NCBI GenBank assembly: GCA_036172245.1
Contig: JAYWIR010000027.1
Coordinates: 2,480,001-2,544,000, forward strand
Direction of reading: 5' to 3'
Source of the DNA: Raillietiella orientalis
Taxonomy: Eukaryota
DNA: 64,000 nt
Positions 25,440 to 39,929 of the stretch are shown one piece after another. Numbering within the stretch: the stretch's first letter is position 1; the number at the start of each line of letters is the position of its first letter. Below the pieces are notes generated by a model. It did no database searches and was not told the origin of the DNA. It saw nothing but the letters and a program-made list of their open reading frames with translations. A program made the position numbers and the translations under genes.

Positions 25440-25940
25440 GGCTTCCATCGCCACCACCGCCACCAACTGTCAGATGGCGCTCAGCAGAACCCAGGGATAT
25501 TACGCCCGGGGAGGTTACGCCTGCTCCTCAGCAGAACTGGAGAGGTTCTCCAAGAAACCGGAGAAGCCGTTCCAAGCGTTCCGGAAGCGAAACATCTCGT
25601 CGAGGTGGCTGATTTGCTCCTCTGCACTGGTGGGGTGGGAGCGAGGAGGTTCCTATCCACGCTTTGCTCGTTCCCGTGGAACCGCTATGGAACGCATCCT
25701 GGTTCCCGATCACCGCCACGACGTTTCGACTTTAGTTTGTCGAGCTGCAGAGAATCCGCAGAGCCTTACCTGCCCGCGATCTATTCGTGTAAACAAGTGC
25801 CATCAAGAGAAGCTGCCACGCTTTGGGACCACTCGCCTGCTAGGATGGGCGCAGCGGTGATCCCCGCTTTCGGTTGCCCGGGTCGCCACTGAAGCAGGAG
25901 CTCGCCTCGATCGGTCCCTTCCTCCTCAGTCGAATCTCTT
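25440..25940 (+). mobile_element. LINE APE endonuclease N-terminal remnant
   Basis: EVLQET, GGVG, AIYS and SGDP in endonuclease order. Confidence 0.45.
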
Positions 25941-25959
25941 AAGGTAGAGGTTCTTCTTC

Positions 25960-26115
25960 ATGGAGGGAGAGGAGATGAGAAGAGAGAAGTCTCCTCCTCC
26001 TGAAGAAAGGAGGAGGAAGAAAGAAGAGAAGAGAAGAGAAGGGGAAGAAGAAAAGAGAGAAGAGGGAGAAAGGAGGAGGAGTCTTTTCTCTTCGCCTCCT
26101 CTCTCACTCCTCTCC
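25960..26115. repeat. Purine-rich (GAA/GA) tract followed by a pyrimidine-rich tract
   Basis: Directly visible. Confidence 0.8.
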
Positions 26116-29100
26116 ACGAGGAGGAACCTCTCCCTCCTGCACGGAACGAACGACACCGGGACGTCGGTTGCCACGAAACGGGGCCACCGCGCCAAGTCGA
26201 AGAGATTCGACCGGAAGGGACCGATCGAGGTGAGCTCCTGCTTCAGTGGGGACCCGGGCAACCGAAAGCGGGGATTGCCGCTGCCCCGGCTTTATCAGAA
26301 CAGCGAGGGACTTGCGTGCGACCTTTGCGGACTCCGCCTGGAGAGGTCATCCGCGATGGCTTCTCGCAAGATTTCGCTCGCAGCATCCCCGGGGATCGCT
26401 GCTCCCGTCCGCGTAGCGCTTGCGAGACAATTCCGAACGGAACCCGGAAAGGTGCGTTGCATCACCTCGGCTCAAAAATAAGAAGCGAATTTCTAAAATT
26501 AAAATCGCACTTACATAACTGCGAAGCTGTCGCAACACTGGCGAGAAGTTCTTTTGCGTAATTCCTCAAACAAGCCCCGCGACCCTGAACATGACATTAA
26601 ATAAAATTTACAATTGGAGAAGTTTTTCCATAAATTTCCCGATCACTGAAACCTGCTCTCGAAGGAATCGGCAGGTCGACTGGGACACCTTCGGGGTTTT
26701 TCGCTCGGATGCGATTTTTGCTCACAGTAGCTCACTCCGAGTATCCTTTCGTTTCCGAGCAGATCGCCCACGATCGCTCCAAACGCTGGCGGAAAAAGGG
26801 GATGAAACACCGCCCATGAGCAAACTCGCAGAATCAACGAGTCTGCCACGGTGCACAGCTCAAGGATTCGAAATTAAGGATCATAAATTTTCTTAAACCT
26901 CAGTATATAATGTTTTTTTTAAAAAAGAAAAAAGGAAAAAACTTGCCAAATCTCATCTGGAGTAGCGCAGTGTTTTCTTATTCAATTTGTTTTTTTTTTT
27001 TTCCTTCTTTGTGTAGAATATCTCAAATGGAGTGACCGGAAAAACGTGAGTTTCCATGCAAAAAAGAAAGACAGAAAGAAGGCTACAAATCTTCGCCAGC
27101 AAACAGAGACTGAAGTTCTGACAGGGGTGGCATGCTTCGAATGAAATGTGGAGGAACACAGCGTGATTTAAGTCGTGGCACAATCGCTTGCCTCTTTAAT
27201 AGGGGAATACTCGAGATTCATATAATTTTCCGGGTTTATTCCCCTCTTCCCCCTCCAGGGTTTCGAGGAAAGAAATTTCCGCTTCCCTGTGCATGTTCAC
27301 CGTCTCCGAGGCCTCGTGACAAGGATTCGGTTATCTCCCTGCCTTGTGACACATGGCTGCGGGGTTCGGCGCAGCAGCTCGGTGGCTTTCGTTCAGTTCA
27401 ATAAGTTTTCGGGAGAAACGAGCGTTCCCCTCGAGTTGATCTCTTGAGGCACTTTAATCTGCAAGGCGTCTGTACGTAGAGACGAAGTGGCGGATGTTCG
27501 TAAGAACGTCAGATGCTTCCACCTGCATTCCCATGAACTCGTATAAAAAACTATTTACTGGATCATAAAAGTGCCACATAAAAAAAAATGTCTTTCTTTC
27601 TTTTCTTTTGGAAAAAAGAGGAAGAAGAAGAAACCGTTTCTTCCGATAAGAAACAATACACATTATTGATAGCGACAGTTTCTCAGAAGGTTGGCTTATG
27701 CTTATCACGGTTCCATGATGCCTGGCCGCTTCAACCGCCCACTGCATTTTCGAGCACAAAACGAGTGACCGAGGTCCAAGTTGCGCATCGGAGACAGGAT
27801 GCTTCAATAACTCCAGAGTGTCGTAAGCAGATGACCCTGAACTGGAAAACGAGCTAGGGATTTTCGGGACTCTTCTACGACAGCCTTTCGATTTTCCCTT
27901 GCGCTTACGCCTCTCTGCCGCGCTCCACGGAACGAACTCCTGATGTCCTAAAATGAGTCGGCAGATGCGCATCCCCCGTTTGCTGCGTAAAGACCACTCC
28001 CGGGGTACACACCAGGGTGGGGCTGGATCGTCCGGGGGAAGCAACCGTAAGGACTCAACTTCCAGCACCACTTGAAAACCGCGGGAGATTACCGGAAGAT
28101 TGCCAGCTGCGCTGAGCTACAGGCATCGTGGTCCGCTAAGATAAACCGCATTAGTTGGCCATACGGGTCCGGAAAATAAATAGCCGGAGGCAAAATCTTT
28201 TCATCCTCCCGGGTAGCCTAAAGAGGCCCTCGGGGCAAACGGCGGCCGAGATATCAACAGTGGACGTCATGAACTGCTGAAACGGCACCCAGCTCGGCCG
28301 TCTGACGTAAAGGGACAACGGCTGTGCCTGAATGGACGCATCCTTGGGGACGCTGCGCGAATAACTAACGGTGACTGTAACGGCGCCAGCGGTTCAACGC
28401 CAACTTTTTGCAGTCCCGAAGAATGGTTAAACAACCTGGTCGTGTCTTCATCCCGGACTATTTCCCATAACAGAACGATGAGGCACATACCAGTGCAGGA
28501 CTGAGAGAGCTTCCGTTGCGTAACAACGCCACAAGTCCCCCCAATACCAAGCATCACGAGAAGCAGCTGCTTTTTCATTTCGACATGTGCATCTGCTATG
28601 AAGATTTTAGATAAAAGAAAAGAACATGAATGTTTAAAACACATCATTTCCACACGCTCATTTTCATGTATTCTTATTTCACACATTTGTGCAGTCCCAC
28701 TTTTTTTTTTCTTTTTCTCGTCTTTTCTTCCAGGATGCCGAAACATTTCACGTGCTTTGAAAAATTCTCGTCAATTCGTATCCCGAAACTCTAATCACAC
28801 CAATACCCTGAAGACCAGATCGAAAACCGGCGAGCAGTCCACAGATAGGAATCCCCTTCAACACGTCGACCATTCGGCTTCACCTCAAAAAACATCACCA
28901 CAACTTTCCTTCGAATCCTTTCGCCTCTGTCGGTGTGTTTCCCACCGAAGGATGCGGGCTCTCCCGGGAAGCAAGCATCCCCAAACGCTGCAGGACAGCT
29001 TCGAACGAACGGCCTTTCCACAAAGCGAAACAAACGCTTCTTTCATTCCTCAACTTGGCGACGCTTGCTGAGAATACACCCTTCTTCTCGTGTGTCAGCA

Positions 29101-32100
29101 AAGGCAAGCCCATCATTAGTCATAGGATCTGGACGGCTCACGGTGTTTCTTCGTGTCTCATTTCGACCCTTAGGTCCACAACGAGCCTCGGTACGGAGAC
29201 AATAGTTGGGAGCAAGATTCTCCGAAAAGACGAGAGTGTTGCACTGAAAATATCAAAGAATGCCTTTCAAGGGAACTACTTTTGCTACTAAAATTTAATA
29301 GTTATTTTCAAGCAGCCCATGAAGACAAGACACACACAAATGGGTTGCGTGGAACAGGGTAAGATGTGATCCAAGGCTTCCCTTTCATCAGACGTAAATT
29401 CACGCTTGATGAAAGAGAAGTCCGTCGGACCTCACGAGAATGAGAAGAGTAACTGAATTTCCCTTGTTGAAGGTTGCAGAAATGGACGCCGTCCCATTTG
29501 AAAAAGATCGGCTCTTTGTCACCAGAAATCAATCGGTGGGAACCTTCCACGCGCCTCAGAGAAAATCAACTGAATGGAGCAATGTGAACTTTGCACACGC
29601 TTTGAGTCGAACTTTCGAGCCTCATGCGTCTGCCTTTTTCAGACTCTTCCAGATCTCGTCTCTTGAGCGCATCCCGATGACTACTCTAAGGCGTTCTCTC
29701 GAGACAGACATTTCTCGAAACAGCCTACTAAATGCACATAAAATGTAAAGCTTTCATGTTCTCATGACTGAAGCAGACAAGATTATTAGGAAAATCCGAG
29801 TTGCCAAAAAACAACACAGACTGGTAGATAACGTATATCTTAGACATCTGGACCTGATATACTTTATCTGCCATTTATATTATATTTATTTTCTTAATTT
29901 ATCTTTCTTCTGCTGCACATAACTCCAAAATTCAAGGACAAAACCCTGAATGCTGTAATCTCATTTGTAATCTAATCAAACCGGAAGTGTTAAGAAGGTT
30001 TTGGAGCTCGCTCATATGATCAGCTCCACACTAGAAGAAAAGTTGCACTTCAGGAATCCCTGGGTGCAGGCTGTACCGTGCGATGTGCAACACAGAAGGT
30101 GCATAGGTGCCAGAAAAAGCACGCGGATGTGCGAATATGATCGCGTAGCCCTTCAATCCGGAACGGTACATGAGGCGTAGCACTCGGGTTCGCCTATCAC
30201 TTGCATGCAATAAGCACTTTTCATGTGAGTTCACATGAAAAGAAACTGTGCACTACTCGATTCAAATAACCCATAACTTATCCCAGCTGCGAGCTTCCTT
30301 CCTGAGAAATACGAGACGGGAGCTGTCAAGATGAAAACAGCTGTCCCTTCCTCCTCCCCTTTGAAAACAAACAAACAAACCGGAAGTGAACTTTGGCGAG
30401 ATGCGACAGAGTCAGCTTCCACTTTTAGAAAAAGCCCGGTTTTCCAACTTGGAGAACCAAATCAAACACTTTTTTCGCACCTTATCGTGTGCCTTGCATC
30501 TTTCGACGAACAACCCGTTTTTTTTTTTTTTTTTTTTTTTTTCCAGACTCGTTGACAGCACTGTAAACGAATCCTCGGGTGATGCGTCGCTGCTGTACGT
30601 CTGCATACACTTTTTGTGAATCGTGGCTGCTTGCATTACATACAAATAACTGTTACTTTGGTTCCCTCAATCAGACCGATCCCACCTCGGTTTGGCGACG
30701 ATAGCTGGATTCATCTCTCTACGCTGCGCCGATTTTCAGCTTTGTATCCGCGATGGACCGAAACCTTTTCCAGGATTCCGTATTACATGCTTTCTTTTTT
30801 TTTCCCCCTTTAATTCTGATGCTTTGACCAGGGGCGTTTCATTTTCTGATGCGCGTAACTGACCGACACCCCCTCGCGGTTCTGGGCAGGCAGCGTCCCT
30901 TCACCCACTGCATCATTTCTCAAAGATCACGACTTTCGAAACTCAATGGCAAGAATTTGCTTCGTTTTGCTTTTCGAGGGCCACGCTTGGTCTTCCGAAA
31001 CGATTAAGTTATCGGGTCAACCGGTTCAACAGCTGTTGACGGCGCCAAGTGACCTTGCTGGGATTTCGCCTGCCTCGTCCGGAAGACATGCTCCCGCAGG
31101 AAAAAAGGAGGCTGATTAATGAACCCCCTTCTTATGCCTTTGAATGTGCAAACCATTTTTCAGAAGGGACCACGTATGTATCATTGGAGATTTAACGTTT
31201 CTTTGTACACACTGAAAGCAGTGTTCATAAAATTATCGAATGCGTGCAATCCATATTAAAATCCATCAGCGTGTGCAATAATTTCAATTACAGTAAAGTA
31301 AAACACCTCCAGAGGGCGGTAAATAATAATGCAATTTGGCAAAAATTTCCAAAACGGCATGAAACGTAATGCAATAATAGGCTTTCATGTGTTCTGCTCT
31401 CTGACCTGGCTGCAAAAGCTTGCTTTAAACATGCAATATAAATAACTAATAATTAATCCTAATGGACTCATAATGCTTCATTCACTCATGCTGAACAAAG
31501 TTATGCAAGCAGCATTCATGGACATCCTTTGGGAGTTCAATATTTCCGTCTACACTGCAAAGCAAATTTAATTTCAAAACTTTGGTAACATCGCTAATTA
31601 TTCTCTTATCTTCATGTAAATGTGTGAGAAGTTATATTGCTAATATCGCAAAACAAGTGATTAATGCATTTTGACCCGGTTGCCAAATATGCTTTGGTGC
31701 ATTCAACTACCATCCTTTAATAAGAGATGCAATCCACAAATTTTTGTTTTAAAGAATACAAGTAAATTTTACCCAGAAATATTCAGTGTTCAACCTTTCA
31801 AAACCACAAATACCAGTCAGATTAATAAACAGAATTGTGGTGTTAATACACATGTAACAATTCAAATGGATGGGCAACTCAGAATATGCTGAAAATGAAG
31901 TTCAAAACTCAGTGTGCCTCAAGTGATCTATATTGTAAGTTAGTTTGTTCTCACACTTAAAATATTTGAAATATCTAAAAACACCATGATGAAATATGTA
32001 AGAAATTTACAATTATACTTGAATAGGACACTATTGGAACAAAGCAAAGCTGCACAAAGCACAAACAAATTCCTGTTAGGTAATTATATCAAGAAACATT

Positions 32101-32942
32101 ATGGTATTTACCACAGGTACACTTTGATGTAGATCAGCTTACATAAAACTGACACCTTTTGCTGTGAAACAAGGCTTCTGCAGAATTGTGGTTTTTAAAG
32201 GTGCAATACATAGGAATGGTAACAAATACAAATTGCAACATTACTTATTTACACGTAGTTATCAATGAAATAAGAATGCATGAGCTTCTAGACAGATACT
32301 TCAGCTTAATCACAAAATTTCTAAAAACCCAGGTGCTTGAATGATTATCAGTTCTAGAGATGCCTTTGCAAAACCACATGTTCTAATTAAAGGCAGTTTT
32401 AATAAGCACAAAATTTCTAAAATTGCTTAAAAGCTCCCAAATTCACGAAATTAATAACAACTTCATTTGAAGTACCTTCAAAGGATGTTCAATGCTTCCC
32501 TCAGGGACATTTCATAAGCCTGCTTGTTCAACATCTTTCCACACAATAGAAACAGATGTGTACTGTCTCGATTTATTAAACAAACACCAATTCCTAAATG
32601 TGAAAGCCCAACAAAGAAACTGGTTTACATTCATGTAGGGCTTGGCAATTTATAAGTTTAAAGAAAGATATTAAATTTTCCATCAGTTCATGGGTCAACA
32701 AAATAGACTTTTGTTAGAAAAGCATCTTTTAAAATACGTCTATAAAAAAACATAACTTAAAAAGCAAACAATAAATTCCAGACTCGTTAAAGCCTGTAGG
32801 TTTGTGGTTTAACACTAAGTACGAAAACTTTTACACAATATGTATCAATATGTATTTAATGTGTAAGATAACATCTCATAAACGATGCTTATAATACAAG
32901 TTCCAAAATGAACTCCTATTATTAATTATGTTTCCAATTACC

Positions 32943-33602
32943 TCACTTTGGTTTGCTAAGAATACTAGGAGGATCACAAAATTGGAATCTAAAAGGTGGC
33001 TTTCTTGGTTCTGGCTTAAACTTTCTCAAAGCTTGTGCCTTTTCAATGATGCTTGTAACATATTTTCGTGCATCAAAATCAACAGCTCCTTTATAAATGT
33101 GTAAAAGTTCTGATTGGAATGCTTGTTCTCGTAAAGCGGACTTTCTCTTATACAGGTTCTCAAAATATACTTTATACTTTTTAAGAAATTTTTTTCTCTT
33201 ATGAGTTTTCATTTTCCTTCTTCTAATCCTGATGAGGCTCTCAGCTTGCTTATGAACTAAGGAATGAGAATTCCGAGCAGGCATCCTTAATACGACAGAT
33301 GTTTCTGGTTCAGTAATTTCAATTCTTCGTGGAACAATGAAATGTACACTTTCAACACCCTGTTTATGGGGCAAGACAATGCGTATCATGCAAGAACTCG
33401 GTAGCTTCAAATCGAACTGTGAATTATTTTCCTGAGTATGTAATCGTGGGCAAACCGGTGCTTTCAGTAAGGAAGGATTACAAACAACTATGTCTGCCGC
33501 ACTGCGGGCAGCAAATTTAGGTATAACGTTCGGTGCCTGAGGTGCACTTCCACTAGTAGTTACTGTTCCATAAGTTCCTAAAACATAACGCTGAATCACC
33601 AT
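32943..33602 (-). CDS. AURKAIP1: Mitochondrial small-subunit ribosomal protein mS38 / Aurora kinase A-interacting protein 1 homologue, single coding exon, 219 aa
   Basis: Intact ORF; C-terminal LIRIRRRKMKTHKRKKFLKK matches the basic mS38/COX24 (DUF1713) motif; N-terminus lacks acidic residues (presequence-like); in-frame stop two codons upstream of the ATG. Confidence 0.85.
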   Translation of the reverse strand: MVIQRYVLGTYGTVTTSGSAPQAPNVIPKFAARSAADIVVCNPSLLKAPVCPRLHTQENNSQFDLKLPSSCMIRIVLPHKQGVESVHFIVPRRIEITEPETSVVLRMPARNSHSLVHKQAESLIRIRRRKMKTHKRKKFLKKYKVYFENLYKRKSALREQAFQSELLHIYKGAVDFDARKYVTSIIEKAQALRKFKPEPRKPPFRFQFCDPPSILSKPK

Positions 33603-36600
33603 TTTTCAAAGATTGATAACTTTATTTCAGAAATGACCATCAATTCCGATTATTTTTCCTTAATTTAGTTTCCACACCGTTACGCCTTGCCTTCTGCTAT
33701 TTGCAAACGGTTCATCCTTTTATAAAAATAAAAGGATTAACTGTTTGAATACGCATGTAATTAAACAAACAATGGCAAACTCAACACACAGTTACAAAAA
33801 TGAACTTACTTCTTAAGCAGTGCCCAATAATTCTTAATAATTGCTGGGGATATTGGGGCATCTTGCTTCACGACACGGGTTGGCAAATTGTCATATTGAA
33901 ATCAGGATAGCCCAGCGTAATTTACCTAGTGCCAGGTGAAAATTGTGCTCTTTTGATAATGTTTCTTTGTTTCTGGAAAACAAATTATCATTCCAATGAT
34001 ACTGTGTATCGCAGAGGAAATCAAAACACAAATGGACATTTTTAGAATCTTTTTGCTTATCAGAGTTCTCCACTTTAGTCTCGAAACATCAACTAAAAGC
34101 ATAGGAACAAAACGCACTAGCTCTGTTGAAATGCATTATTTCTTTTTGTAACAGATGAACATTTTACAAAAGGAATAATGCAATAAAGATGGAGCAGAAA
34201 ATTAGTAGTGAGTGAAGAATTTTGAATTATAAGAATTTTGCAGAATTGTTAGCCAAATCGCAACCGTGATTACGATGTTCGTACTGAAATGTTGCTTTAG
34301 ATGATGCCTGATAATGTATCATTAACAAATACAGCAAAGTATAATCATCAACGACTGATTTTTCTTTGTACATATATGAATGCACATAATAAATATCTGT
34401 CAGTGAATATCACATTGCATTCTCCAAAATGTATGTTCAGTAAATTCTTTTGCAGGTTTACTCTTTTGCGATCTTTTGTGCATGGATACTCAATTTACCT
34501 GGTCATATATCTGCCTGCAGAAGAAAATTTATGCGCTTTTGTTTTACTGAGCGCTATTTTTTCCTCTTTACAAATATCTTAAAGAGAGGAAGTCATCGTT
34601 TTCAGGTGCACTGTTTCCTGGAATAGTGCAATAACACCGAAAACTGTGATTATGACGAAGATCATAGTGGATCGTAAAAAAAATTATAGCACAACTTGGA
34701 AACTTTGCACTGAAAATGCGACTTCGCAAAAGACAATATTTTTCTTAATAGAAGTCGGTATGCTTCTCAGTGGATTTGATCCACTGAGATCCCTGAAGCG
34801 TGACATTTCAGTTTATTGCAAAAGGAAATAAAAGGAATGAGATGCGATGAGAAATATGTAGGCATTGGAAGTCACTGCAACTGGTGGAAATGCTTATTTC
34901 TTCCAGGCTTTACCACCGCAAGCAGTACCCATGTCTTTTTACTAGATGGTCACATGAATTTTAACTCGAATTCCTCTCCTAATGGAAAGAAAACCTGGCA
35001 GAGCTATATTTCCATTGATCTGTCTTTTTTCAGAAAAAAAAATCGTTGTGACGGTGCTTTTCCTTGTCAAACTCAGAAACTTCCGCCTTTCACGTCCTCG
35101 TGCTCGTTTCCTCTAGCGTGCCCCGTGTACTGGTACTTCTTAAGCTGATCCTTGGTCCCGCTCCGACTGCTACCAAATTACTGCTTTTAAAGCATTGTAG
35201 CACATTCGCATGTCGATGGATCATTGTGGGATGCTTTTTTCATTCTTCATATATCCATAACAAAACCATCAGCGTGCCAAGATAAAGGCAACAGGACCAT
35301 GCATCTTTCCGTTGAAATGACTTCCTGCTGTACATTGTCGCGACCGTGGATACGACGAGCTGTTGCAGGACCGTTCCTAAGCATTCGCACTTCTCAAAAC
35401 ACCGCCGATAGGTGCAACAAGGAAGAACAGACAGAACTGCAAGCCGAAGATTTGCTTCCCTCCTCTTTAGCAGCAATCTTATTTTTCATGGAATGCTTTA
35501 CGATCTGTGTGACTCCCAAGTGGTTTTCTAAGCAGAGAACAAATTGCCAATCGACACGATACCAAAACTCATTTTCATCAGAAAACGGTTAGTCAGAAAT
35601 TTGATGGGAGAACTGGAAATGTGGCGGCTCTTTTGAATCTATATGCCTTGGTCAAAGTGTTCCCTACTACATGATTTCCGACAGCAAAAGATTCTTCCAC
35701 TCTGGTGACCAACGACTGATTGCAGAATCTGAAGCGGAGCACGTTTTCAGGAAACGAAATGCACAGCAGTGCAGAGTTGATAGGTTGGCAAAGGAAGAAA
35801 AGATACCAGTGATGAACAAGGCTAAGGAACTGTCTTCTGTCTCAAAGGTCTTTATAAGTTGCAATTGATATTTGAGATTACTAACTCTCAGCTAGGAGAT
35901 AACCGAGGCTACAAATTGGACTGGTAATTCATCTGAGAAAGGACTCATTTGAAAGTTATCGTCCTTCTATTAATGATCAAACGTTAAAGTGGTGTTATTG
36001 GTGTGCTTTTTTCTCTTTATCTTTTCTGATAAAGCTCACCGTTCCAAAGATCAGAAGATTGCTATGACTACCAGTAGAGTACACGAACGTTTTTATGATC
36101 CAATCCAAGAGTTCCTAAATTCAAATCTGCTGCAAGTTTCACCTGCCGGGGATGACAGCAGCCAAATTAAGTATTTCCAGTTAATGAGATGCAGAAAAGT
36201 TAGCAAAATATAATAGGGCTTTATCAGTTGTCTGGCAACATGTCACACCTTTTGATTCGGTGCAGGACGGGAATTGTCGGAATCTCTTGATCTGTCCTGG
36301 TTTGGTCACGCCGTTCGAATAGAAGAACATAACAAAAACAAAAATACATCATCGCTGTTTCTGGATGGATTTTACTAAACATTTTCCAAGGGACCAAACA
36401 TTCAGCTGCTTTTGAGACTTTTATTCCTTATGTCGCGAGTTATGTCTTCGTGCTCCCCACCACTATCCACGTAATCAGCTCTTCGGCTTGAGGTTTTTTT
36501 TTCTAAACTCTTTCACGAATCCCCCAATACTGTGGAGGTGTGTGCACTTCCACAGTATTCTGAAACTCTTCGTTTCTCTGAAAGGAGATGAGCCCAATTT

Positions 36601-37699
36601 TTCGCAAAGGAAGTTGGTGGGCATGTCGGGATGTGCATCATATCCACTGAGAGGTGGTCCCCGAACATCCCTGTCCTCCCTCGAATCCCTGGATCTGCGA
36701 TTATTCTCTTACGGCAAGAGCCCCAGCGAGATGCTTTTGTCCTTCGCCTCCTCGATCGTTTTCCCAAACACATCTCCCTATTCCACTATCTCGTTTAGCA
36801 CATTTGTTCTAGGATGTTCCGCTAGGTACTAGACGCAAGCGCCTTCCTTCTTTTTTTATCCTGACTCACTCGCATCGATAGGGATATCCTTTTGCTGTTG
36901 TTTTATTGCCAGAGGCGCTTGCACCTTCGACGCATACTTTGCAGGCCTTTGTGTTACAATCTTTGGTGTGGATACAGTTCCCCATTTCATCAGCACCACC
37001 ATCGTCGTGGATATTATCTGTAAAGAACGGCCATCAGATTAATTAATCAGATTAACGAAAGTCTCAGATATCCTGCCTAATACGGAATAGGGTTTTGAAT
37101 TTGCGTTTCGATTATCAATTCCAGCCGGTTCCACACAACCAACTAATCCTTGTCCCGTTCTGCCACAGTCGTCATTAAACAAGGAGAATTTTTTTCCCTA
37201 CAGTCATTAATTGTATCGAAAATGCATGCAGTAATCATTGACGGATGCAGAACAGTGTTTGGAAACTTTTATTAAAGAACAGGCTCGTCATCTGCGCTGT
37301 TGGACTCGACTTTAGTATGATATCCAGTAGACCTTTGTACTACACGGATTCGTCCCACGGACGCCAAGACACGGAGATGGCGCCAGACTTCGTATAAATC
37401 AACCCCACGCGACGGCATGGGTAGACTCCAATTTCGTAGTAAAGAGTCACCTGAGCTATTTGTTTTTGCTTTTTTTTTTTTTAAGGAGAACGCGGACATG
37501 ACTGCAGCACGTAGAATTTTGATGCATTAAACGTTCGAGAATGCAATAGCTCAAGGAGATGAGCATTTGTCGCCAACGAGAACGATGGAGATGAAGCGAT
37601 CGATTCCACGTGATTAAATGTCGCTGAAACGAAAAGTTTTTTTTTGTGTACTTCAAATTAAGCAAAAGCTGAAAAATTTTACTTTTTGCTCTTTGCAAT

Positions 37700-38750
37700 A
37701 TTTACTTTTTGCCATGAGCGAGGATGTAGGAGCCAAGCGCGGAATAGGTGCGACGTTTTCTGTACGCGCGTAACTGCACGCTCCGGGAGATCCCGGAAGA
37801 GCCCGCGAAGAGTGCATGGGCAAGCAGAACCACCTTCGCAGCCGCGCTGCCCTTCCTTAGGGAACACATGGACAGCAGCCTTATGGCTAGATGGGAGGTT
37901 ACTGTGGAAATTTCCGGAAGGAGAAGAGGACTAGGCGAGTGGTCGACGGACCAGCTCACTGACGCTGCGACCCCGGTTGCTCGACCTCTTGGGCTTTTGC
38001 GCTGGGGCGTGATGCTGGGTATTCCGGAGGAAGAACTGCCATGAACCCCAGTGCTGATGAACACCCGCACCCTCCTCCTAATGTGGCGGGAGTCGACCTT
38101 GATGCTGCTGCACTCCCGTGCAACGTCCCCCAACATCATTGGACACAGGGGGGAGGAGTGAACCCAGACTGTGCAAGGTGAGGGGAGCGGGGATCCCTCC
38201 CCAACATTCTAGTGGACAGTGTTGCCCTTCGGCTCCTTTGGGGACGCTTTGCTGAGACCCTTAGTACTCCCCGGCAAACTCAGGGACCTTTTTAAGCTGC
38301 TCTTCCTGCGCGAAGTCCTCACATCGGCTGCATCTCCAGAAGCACTTTGCCGCCCACGCGGCGGGATCGTGGCTCCATGGAGCAGTCCCAGGGAAAGCCA
38401 AAACGACAGGGACGCCATCTATTTAGCTGTCCTCATCGTGTAGACAGCGCCAAGATGGCCCCATCTGGGAGTCCTGAAACAGGCATCCTTGAGAGGATGC
38501 AGAGGAAGTCCTCCAGCACTCGTTGATCCCTTTCCGGACCCTCCCAATTTTTTGACTGTATGTTTTTGGTTTTATTTTTTTCTTTTTGTTTGTCCCCCCA
38601 CCCCCTCTGCTAGTGAGGCGAACCCGCTGGTCTGCGTGCCCGTTCCGGCAGGTTCCTTCTTGTAGCTATTAGAAACGTGGCAGGATCAAACGTCCTGCCA
38701 CAGACGTGTGTGTTTATTTTATAAATCCCCCGGCGTGACGGGGTGTCAAC
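37700..38750 (+). mobile_element. L1/Tx1-like LINE 3' copy F
   Basis: QLTDAATP...LLRWG; CARxGERGSLPNILVD; terminus ataaatcccccggcgtgacggggtg. Confidence 0.8.
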
Positions 38751-38779
38751 CAGTGTCGCACCCAAAGTCCGTGAGCCAA

Positions 38780-39172
38780 GCAGGGTCGTTCTCCGGGGGC
38801 GACTTGAGACCCACACGCACTTCCCGTTCTTGGTGTCACTACTTCTCTCCGGGCGGGATTCGAACCCGCGACCCGCGGTGACGCGCAGCAGCCTCCGCAA
38901 GCAGCGTGACCCTCCCTCCGAAGTGCTCCGAAGCGTCCCTTCGGAATTCTCTTCAGAGGAGGAGGAAACGAGGAGCTGTTCCCAGGGGTTCCTCCGGAGA
39001 AGGAACAGTGGGGTGTCCCCACAATCAGGGGGTTCCCTCCGGAGAGGATGAGGAAGAGGAGGTTCACTTCGGGGATCCCTCCCAGGCGTGAGAGGAACGA
39101 GACTCCCTTTCCCCGTAGCCCTTCCTGGATCCGTAGGTGTTCCCCTCCCTGGAAGAGTCACAAGCACTCCCG
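38780..39172. mobile_element. Rearranged family 2 copy: head on the minus strand (38780-38900), hairpin array on the plus strand (38930-39172)
   Basis: gggattcgaacccgcgac B-box on the reverse strand; array aligns with 4761-5022. Confidence 0.6.
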
Positions 39173-39929
39173 GACGGCGTGGAACGGTGTGAAGGAGCTG
39201 CTGCGCGAGCCGCCAGGCGCGCGACGGTTCCTGAGGCACTTGGCGAGCCAGAATTGCTGGGATGGGATCACGTCCTTTCGCCCTCATCTATGCTGGAGGG
39301 GAGCCGTGCAGCACACAGCTCCCGCAGGAAGGAGATGATTCCTGGGTTCCGCTGTCAAGAAGGTGAGCATCGCCTGATGCCTGGGGACATAGTTTCCTGG
39401 CTGGAGCCCTCTGTCATCCCCCCTCCCGGGCCTATCGCGCGCTCTCCAGCAGCTCCAGGAACGCGCATGCCGCCCATTTCTGGAGGTTTGGCGTTTCTGA
39501 AAAAGCTGCTCGGAAGAACCCGTCCAGACTTCCCCGAAGCGCCTGAGGGCACTCCCCTTTCCCCGCACGCGGGGACCGCAACCGAGGTGCTAGCGGCGAA
39601 GGGATCGGGGCGTCGAAGACCCGCACCCCCCCGCGGAGGGGCAGCGCGAGCGGTCGGCAGATTCGCGTCTTGCCTCATTCCGGGAGCGGAAGGGAAAATT
39701 CCGTCCGGTGCAGCCCACGCAGCGAGAGGCGACCCGCATCCGCGAGACCTTCCCGGATGGCCGCGATCCCTGAACCGTCCTCGGCCTCTGAACCTGAGGG
39801 AAAGGTCGGCGATGAACGACGCCCTCGTCCCGCTCCGCACACTCCGTCGCGCGCACTCGGCAGCTCCCACCCTAAGGACTGGTCACGACCGATCGCCTTC
39901 CCGGCTTCCGCGACACAGCATCCAAGTCA

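Noticed and set aside
29977..30388. Two copies of CAAACCGGAAGTG (ETS-like site)
   Set aside because: Downstream of the mS38 gene with no identified transcription start; could be chance
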